From positions 139,376,001 to 139,440,000 of the forward strand of contig OZ024743.1 of NCBI GenBank assembly GCA_964016885.1: a DNA stretch of 64,000 nt, given 5' to 3'. Below, one piece after another: positions 58,001 to 64,000 of the stretch (position 1 is its first letter; each line of letters opens with the position of its first letter). Below the pieces are notes generated by a model. The model did no database searches and was not told the origin of the DNA. It saw only the letters and a list, made by a program, of their open reading frames with translations. This DNA is from Eledone cirrhosa. Its lineage: Eukaryota. The position numbers and the translations under genes are program-made.

Positions 58001-61000
58001 TGTTTGGTGCTTGGTGCTTGGTGTTTGGTGCTTGGTGCTTGGTGTTTGGTGCTTGGTGCTTGGTGTTTGGTGTTTGCTGTTTGCTGTTTGGTGTTTGTTG
58101 TTTGGTGTTTGTTGATTGGTGTTTGCTGTTTGGTGTTTGGTATTTGGTGTTTGCTGTTTGGTGTCTGCTTTTTGGTGTTTGGTGTCTGCTGTATGTTGTT
58201 TGCTGTTTGGTGTTTGGTGTTTGGTGTTTGGTGTTTGCTGCTTGGTGCTTGGTGTTTGGTGCTTGGGGCTTGGTGTTTGGTGCCTGGTGCTTGGTACTTG
58301 GTTGTTTGGTGTTTGGTGCTTGGTGCTTGGGGCTTGGAGTTTGGTGTTTGGTGCTTGGTGCTTGGTGTTTGTACTTGGTGCTTGGTGCTTGGTGTTTGGT
58401 TCTTGGTTCTTGGTGTTTGGTACTTGGTGCTTGGTGCTTGGTGCTTGGTGTTTGGTGTTTGGTGCTTGGTGTTTGGTGCTTGCTGCTTGGTGCTTGGTGC
58501 TTGGTGTTAGGTGTTTGGTGCTTGGTGCTTGGTGTTTGGTGCTTGGTGTTTGCTGTTTGGTGTTTGGTGTTTGGTGTTTGGTGTTTGCTGTTTGGTGTCT
58601 GCTTTTTGGTGTTTGGTGTTTGCTGTATGGTGTTTGCTGTTTCGTGTTTGGTGTTTGCTGTTTGGTGTTTGGTGCTTCGTGTTTGGTGCTTGGTGTTTGG
58701 TGCTTGGTGCCTGGTGCTTGGTGCTTGGTGCTTGCTGCTGGCTGCTTGGTGCTTGGTGTTTGGTGTTTGGTACTAGGTGCTTGGTGTTTGGTGTTTGGTG
58801 CTTGGTGCTTGGTGTTTGGTGTTTGGTGTTTGGTGCTTGGTGCTTGGTGCTTGGTGCTGGGTGGTTGGTGTTTGGTGCTTGGTGATTAGTGTTTGGTGCT
58901 AGGTGCTTGGTGTTTGGTGTTTGGTGCTTGGTGCTTGGTGTTTGGTGCTTGGTGCTTGGTGTTTGGTGCTTGGTGCTTGGTGTTTGCTGTTTGCTGTTTG
59001 CTGTTTGGTGTTTGTTGTTTGGTGTTTGTTGATTGGTGTTTGCTGTTTGGTGCTTGGTGCTTGGTCTTTGGTGCTTGGTGTTTGGTGTTTGGTGCTTCGT
59101 GCTTTGTGTTTGGTGCTTGGTGATTAGTGTTTGGTGCTTGGTGCTTGGGGTTTGGTGTTTGGTGCTTGGTACTTGGTGTTTGGTGCTTGGTGTTTGCTGT
59201 TTGCTGTTTGGTGTTTGGTGTTTGGTGTTTGCTGTATGGTGTTTGCTGTTTCGTGTTTGGTGTTTGCTGTTTGGTGTTTGGTGTTTGCTGTTTGGTGTTT
59301 GGTCTTTGGTGCTGGTGTTTGGTGCTTGGTGCTTGGTGTTTGGTGTTTGGTGCTTGGTGTTTGGTGTTTGGTGCTTGGTGCTTGGTGCTTGGTGTTTGGT
59401 GTTTGGTGTTTGGTGCTTGGTGTCTGGTGTTTGGTGTTTGGTGTTTGGTGTTTGGTGCTTGGTGTTTGGTGTTTGGTGTTTGGTGCTTGGTGCTTGTTGC
59501 TTGGTGTTTGATGCTTGGTGTCTGGTGCTTGGTGTTTGGTGTTTGGTGTTTGGTGCTTGGTGCTTGGTGTTTGGTGTTTTGTGCTTGGTGCTTGGGGCTT
59601 GGTGTTTAGTGCTTGGTGCTTGGTGCTTGGTGTTTGGTGGTTGGTGCTTGGTGTTTGGTGTTTGGTGTTTGGTGCTTGGTGCTTGGTGTTTGGTGCTTGG
59701 TGCTTGGTGCTGGGTGGTTGGTATTTGGTGCTTGGTGCTTGGTGTTTGGTGCTTGGTGCTTGGTGCTTGGTGTTTGGTGCTTGGTGCTTGGTGCTTGGTC
59801 TTTGGTGCTTGGTGTTTGGTGCTTGGTGCTTGGTGCTTGGTGTTTGGTGCTTGGTGTTTGGTGTTTGCTGTATGGTGTTTGCTGTTTGGTGTTTGGTGTT
59901 TGCTGTTTGGTGTTTGGTGTTTGCTGTTTGGTATTTGGTGCTTGGTGTTTGGTGCTTGGTGCTTGGTGTTTGGTGTTTGGTGCTTGGTGCTTGGTGTTTG
60001 GTGTTTGTTGCTTGGTGCTTGGTGCTTGGTGTTTGGTGTTTGGTGTTTGGTGCTTGGTGTCTGGTGTTTGGTGTTTGGTGTTTGGTGCTTGTTGCTTGGT
60101 GCTTGGTGCTTGGGGTTTTCGTTCTTGGTTCTTGGTGTTTGGTACTTGGTGCTTGGTGTTTGGTGCTGGGTGCTTGGTGTTTGGTGCTTGGTGCTTGGTG
60201 CTTGCTGTTTGGTGTTTGGTGCTTGGTGCTTGGTGTTTGGTGTTTGGTGTTATATGCTTGGTGTTTGATGCTTGGTGCTTGGTGCTTGGTATTTGGTGTT
60301 TGGTGCTTGGTGTTTGTACTTGGTGCTTGGTTCTTGGTTCTTGGTGCTTGGTGCTTGGTGCTTGGTGCTTGGTGCTTGGTGTTTGGTGCTTGGTGTTTGG
60401 TGCTTGGTGTTTGGTGCTTGGTGCCTGGTGCTTGGTGCTTGGTGCTTGGTGTTTGGTGCTTGGTGTTTGGTGCTTGGTGTTAGGTGTTTGGTGCTTGGTG
60501 CTTGGTGTTTGGTGTTTGGTGCTTGGTGTTTGGTGCTTGGTGCTTGGTGTTTGGTGTTTGGTGCTTGGTGTTTGGTGCTTGGTACTTGGTGCTTGGTGCT
60601 TGGTGTTAGGTGTTTGGTGCTTGGTGCTTGGTTTTTGGTGCTTGGTGCTTGGTGTTTGGTGTTTGGTGCTTGCTGCTGGCTGCTTGGTGTTTGGTGCTTG
60701 GTGATTGGTGTTTGGTGTTTGGTGCTTGGTGTTTGGTGTTTGGTGCTTGGTGCTTGGTGTTTGTTGCTTGGTACTTGGTGCATGGTGTTTGGTGCTGGGT
60801 GCTTGGTGTTTGGTGCTTGGTGTTTGGTGCTTGGTGCTTGGTGTTTGGTGTTTGGTGTTTGATGCTTGGTGTTTGATGCTTGGTGCTTGGTGCTTGGTGT
60901 TTTGTGCTTGGTTCTTTGTGTTTGGTGTTTGGTGCTTGGTGCTTGGTGCTTGGTGTTAGGTGTTTGGTGCTTGGTGCTTGGTGTTTGGTGTTTGGTCCTT

Positions 61001-64000
61001 GGTGCTTGGTGTTTAGTGCTTGGTGCTTGGTGTTTGTTGTTTGGTGCTTTCTGCTTGCTGCTTGGCGTTTTGTGCTTGGTGCTTGGTGCTTGGTGTTTGG
61101 TGTTTGGTGCTAGGTGCTTGGTGTTTGGTGTTTGGTGTTTGATGCTTGGTGTTTGGTGCTTGGTGTTTGGTGTTTTGTGCTTGGTGCTTGGGGCTTGGTG
61201 TTTAGTGCTTGGTGCTTGGTGCTTGGTGTTTGGTGCTTGGTGCTTGGTGTTACGTGTTTGGTGTTTGGTGCTTGGTGCTTGGTGTTTGGTGCTTGGTGCT
61301 TGGTGCTGGGTGGTTGGTATTTGGTGCTTGGTGCTTGGTGTTTGGTGCTTGGTGCTTGGTGCTTGGTGTTTGGTGCTTGGTGCTTGGTGCTTGGTCTTTG
61401 GTGCTTGGTGTTTGGTGCTTGGTGCTTGGTGCTTGGTGTTTGGTGCTTGGTGATTAGTGTTTGGTGCTTGGTGCTTGGGGTTTGGTGTTTGGTGCTTGGT
61501 ACTTGGTGTTTGGTGCTTGGTGTTTGGTGTTTGCTGTTTGGTGTTTGGTGTTTGCTGTTTGCTGTTTGCTGTTTGCTTTTTGGTGTTTGGTGTTTGCTGT
61601 ATGGTGTTTGCTGTTTGGTGTTTGGTGTTTGCTGTTTGGTGTTTGGTGTTTGCTGTTTGGTCTTTGGTGCTTGGTGTTTGGTGCTTGGTGCTTGGTGTTT
61701 GGTGTTTGGTGCTTGGTGCTTGGTGTTTGGTGTTTGTTGCTTGGTGCTTGGTGCTTGGTGTTTGGTGTTTGGTGTTTGGTGCTTGGTGTCTGGTGCTTGG
61801 TGTTTGGTGTTTGGTGTTTGGTGCTTGGTGTTTGGTGTTTGGTGTTTGGTGCTTGGTGCTTGGTGTTTGTTGTTTGGTGCTTTCTGCTTGCTGCTTGGCG
61901 TTTGGTGCTTGGTGCTTGGTGCTTGCTGTTTGGTGTTTGGTGCTTGGTGCTTGGTGTTTGGTGTTTGGTGTTATATGCTTGGTGTTTGATGCTTGGTGCT
62001 TGGTGCTTGGTATTTGGTGTTTGGTGCTTGGTGTTTGTACTTGGTGCTTGGTTCTTGGTTCTTGGTGCTTGGTGCTTGGTGCTGGGTGCTTGGTGCTTGG
62101 TGTTTGGTGCTTGGTGTTTGGTGCTTGGTGTTTGGTGCTTGGTGCCTGGTGCTTGGTGCTTGGTGCTTGGTGTTTGGTGCTTGGTGTTTGGTGCTTGGTG
62201 TTAGGTGTTTGGTGCTTGGTGCTTGGTGTTTGGTGTTTGGTGCTTGGTGTTTGGTGCTTGGTGCTTGGTGTTTGGTGTTTGGTGCTTGGTGTTTGGTGCT
62301 TGGTACTTGGTGCTTGTTGCTTGGTGTTAGGTGTTTGGTGCTTGGTGCTTGGTGTTTGGTGTTTGGTGCTTGCTGCTGGCTGCTTGGTGTTTGGTGCTTG
62401 GTGATTGGCGCTTGGTGTTTGGTGCTTGGTGTTTGGTGTTTGGTACTAGGTGCTTGGTGTTTGGTGTTTGGTGCTTGGTGCTTGGTGTTTGGTGTTTGGT
62501 GTTTGGTGCTTGTTGCTTGGTGCTTGGTGCTGGGTGGTTGGTGTTTGGTGCTTGGTGATTAGTGTTTGGTGCTAGGTGCTTGGGGTTTGGTGTTTGGTGC
62601 TTGGTGCTTGGTGTTTGGTGCTTGGTGCTTGGTGTTTGGTGCTTGGTGCTTGGTGTTTGGTGTTTGCTGTTTGCTGTTTGGTGTTTGTTGTTTGGTGTTT
62701 GTTGATTGGTGTTTGCTGTTTGGTGTTTGGTATTTGGTGTTTGCTGTTTGGTGTCTGCTTTTTGGTGTTTGGTGTCTGCTGTATGTTGTTTGCTGTTTGG
62801 TGTTTGGTGTTTGGTGTTTGGTGTTTGCTGCTTGGTGCTTGGTGTTTGGTGCTTGGGGCTTGGTGTTTGGTGCCTGGTGCTTGGTACTTGGTTGTTTGGT
62901 GTTTGGTGCTTGGTGCTTGGGGCTTGGAGTTTGGTGTTTGGTGCTTGGTGCTTGGTGTTTGTACTTGGTGCTTGGTGCTTGGTGTTTGGTTCTTGGTTCT
63001 TGGTGTTTGGTACTTGGTGCTTGGTGCTTGGTGCTTGGTGTTTGGTGTTTGGTGCTTGGTGTTTGGTGCTTGCTGCTTGGTGCTTGGTGCTTGGTGTTAG
63101 GTGTTTGGTGCTTGGTGCTTGGTGTTTGGTGCTTGGTGTTTGCTGTTTGGTGTTTGGTGTTTGGTGTTTGGTGTTTGCTGTTTGGTGTCTGCTTTTTGGT
63201 GTTTGGTGTTTGCTGTATGGTGTTTGCTGTTTCGTGTTTGGTGTTTGCTGTTTGGTGTTTGGTGCTTCGTGTTTGGTGCTTGGTGTTTGGTGCTTGGTGC
63301 CTGGTGCTTGGTGCTTGGTGCTTGCTGCTGGCTGCTTGGTGCTTGTTGTTTGGTGTTTGGTACTAGGTGCTTGGTGTTTGGTGTTTGGTGCTTGGTGCTT
63401 GGTGTTTGGTGTTTGGTGTTTGGTGCTTGGTGCTTGGTGCTTGGTGCTGGGTGGTTGGTGTTTGGTGCTTGGTGATTAGTGTTTGGTGCTAGGTGCTTGG
63501 TGTTTGGTGTTTGGTGCTTGGTGCTTGGTGTTTGGTGCTTGGTGCTTGGTGTTTGGTGCTTGGTGCTTGGTGTTTGCTGTTTGCTGTTTGCTGTTTGGTG
63601 TTTGTTGTTTGGTGTTTGTTGATTGGTGTTTGCTGTTTGGTGCTTGGTGCTTGGTCTTTGGTGCTTGGTGTTTGGTGTTTGGTGCTTCGTGCTTTGTGTT
63701 TGGTGCTTGGTGATTAGTGTTTGGTGCTTGGTGCTTGGGGTTTGGTGTTTGGTGCTTGGTACTTGGTGTTTGGTGCTTGGTGTTTGCTGTTTGCTGTTTG
63801 GTGTTTGGTGTTTGGTGTTTGCTGTATGGTGTTTGCTGTTTCGTGTTTGGTGTTTGCTGTTTGGTGTTTGGTGTTTGCTGTTTGGTGTTTGGTCTTTGGT
63901 GCTGGTGTTTGGTGCTTGGTGCTTGGTGTTTGGTGTTTGGTGCTTGGTGTTTGGTGTTTGGTGCTTGGTGCTTGGTGCTTGGTGTTTGGTGTTTGGTGTT
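56120..64000 (+). repeat. Higher-order tandem duplication, unit 4590 bp (junction ~60710; second copy truncated by the window end)
   Basis: ORF pairs 56276/60866, 56867/61457, 57976/62566 and 58893/63483 are all offset by 4590. The variant TACGTGT (~56661, ~61251) and an 8-nt unit TTGGTTGT (~58298, ~62888) were seen only in these copies. Confidence 0.93.

Larger units (their letters stand above)
1..64000 (+). repeat. Heptamer tandem-repeat (satellite) array, consensus TTGGTGY, ~9,100 units, extending beyond both window ends
   Basis: The sequence parses throughout as TTGGTGC/TTGGTGT plus single-substitution variants (TTGCTGT, TTGGTAC, TTGATGC, TAGGTGY, TTGGTTC, TTGTTGY, TTGGGGY). No unique sequence or strand switch was seen. 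All three frames per strand translate to the same 7-aa cycle, as expected for a 7-nt period. Confidence 0.99.

Noticed and set aside
59311-59318. Chi-like octamer GCTGGTGT
   Set aside because: It is one mismatch from E. coli Chi (GCTGGTGG) and is simply produced by a 1-nt deletion in the repeat.
5-63717. Hundreds of + strand ORFs up to 950 aa (WCLVLGA-like repeats)
   Set aside because: All three frames give the same peptide, stops and frameshifts fall without frame preference, and there is no non-repetitive domain. They are a by-product of an A-poor 7-nt repeat.
1-64000. CRISPR array
   Set aside because: There are no unique spacers between constant repeats, and no leader or cas genes.
1-64000. 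Canonical telomere (TTAGGG, TTTAGGG, TTAGG, TTGGGG)
   Set aside because: TTAGG and TTGGGG occur only as isolated point variants of TTGGTGY and never in tandem.
1-64000. Bacterial heptamer repeats (cyanobacterial STRR type) or Drosophila virilis 7-bp satellites
   Set aside because: The unit length is shared but the consensus differs (D. virilis AAACTAC family vs AARCACC here). Bacterial heptamer tracts are normally short and interspersed with genes. No taxonomic assignment is supportable.
1-64000. RIP or methyl-CpG decay as the source of variants
   Set aside because: G>A variants exist (TTGGTAC, TTGATGC, TTAGTGT), but transversions (TTGCTGT, TTGTTGY, TAGGTGY, TTGGTTC) are also common, divergence is low, and the consensus has no CpG.

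Overview
The whole 64 kb window is one uninterrupted, single-orientation satellite array of a degenerate heptamer, TTGGTGY (TTGGTGC and TTGGTGT mixed; reverse complement RCACCAA), about 9,100 units (64000/7). The + strand is almost purely G/T with some C and very little A. No gene, RNA gene, mobile element or CRISPR array is supportable; the ORF track is an artefact of translating a stop-poor repeat. The information lies in the order of variant units. Used as landmarks, they show a nested hierarchy: 7-bp monomer, older sub-kb cassettes marked by a 6-nt TTGTAC unit and TTGCTGT-rich islands, mosaic blocks recurring at 7-10, ~16.7 and ~25 kb, and recent near-identical tandem duplications. Four of these duplications have different content but nearly the same size (offsets 4628, 4760, 4642 and 4590 bp), and a fifth, more diverged one is ~4.8 kb. 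There are also length-neutral patch replacements consistent with out-of-register conversion. Offsets come from matching ORF-track entries and landmark motifs by eye, so block boundaries are approximate. Organism, chromosomal position and function cannot be determined from this window.
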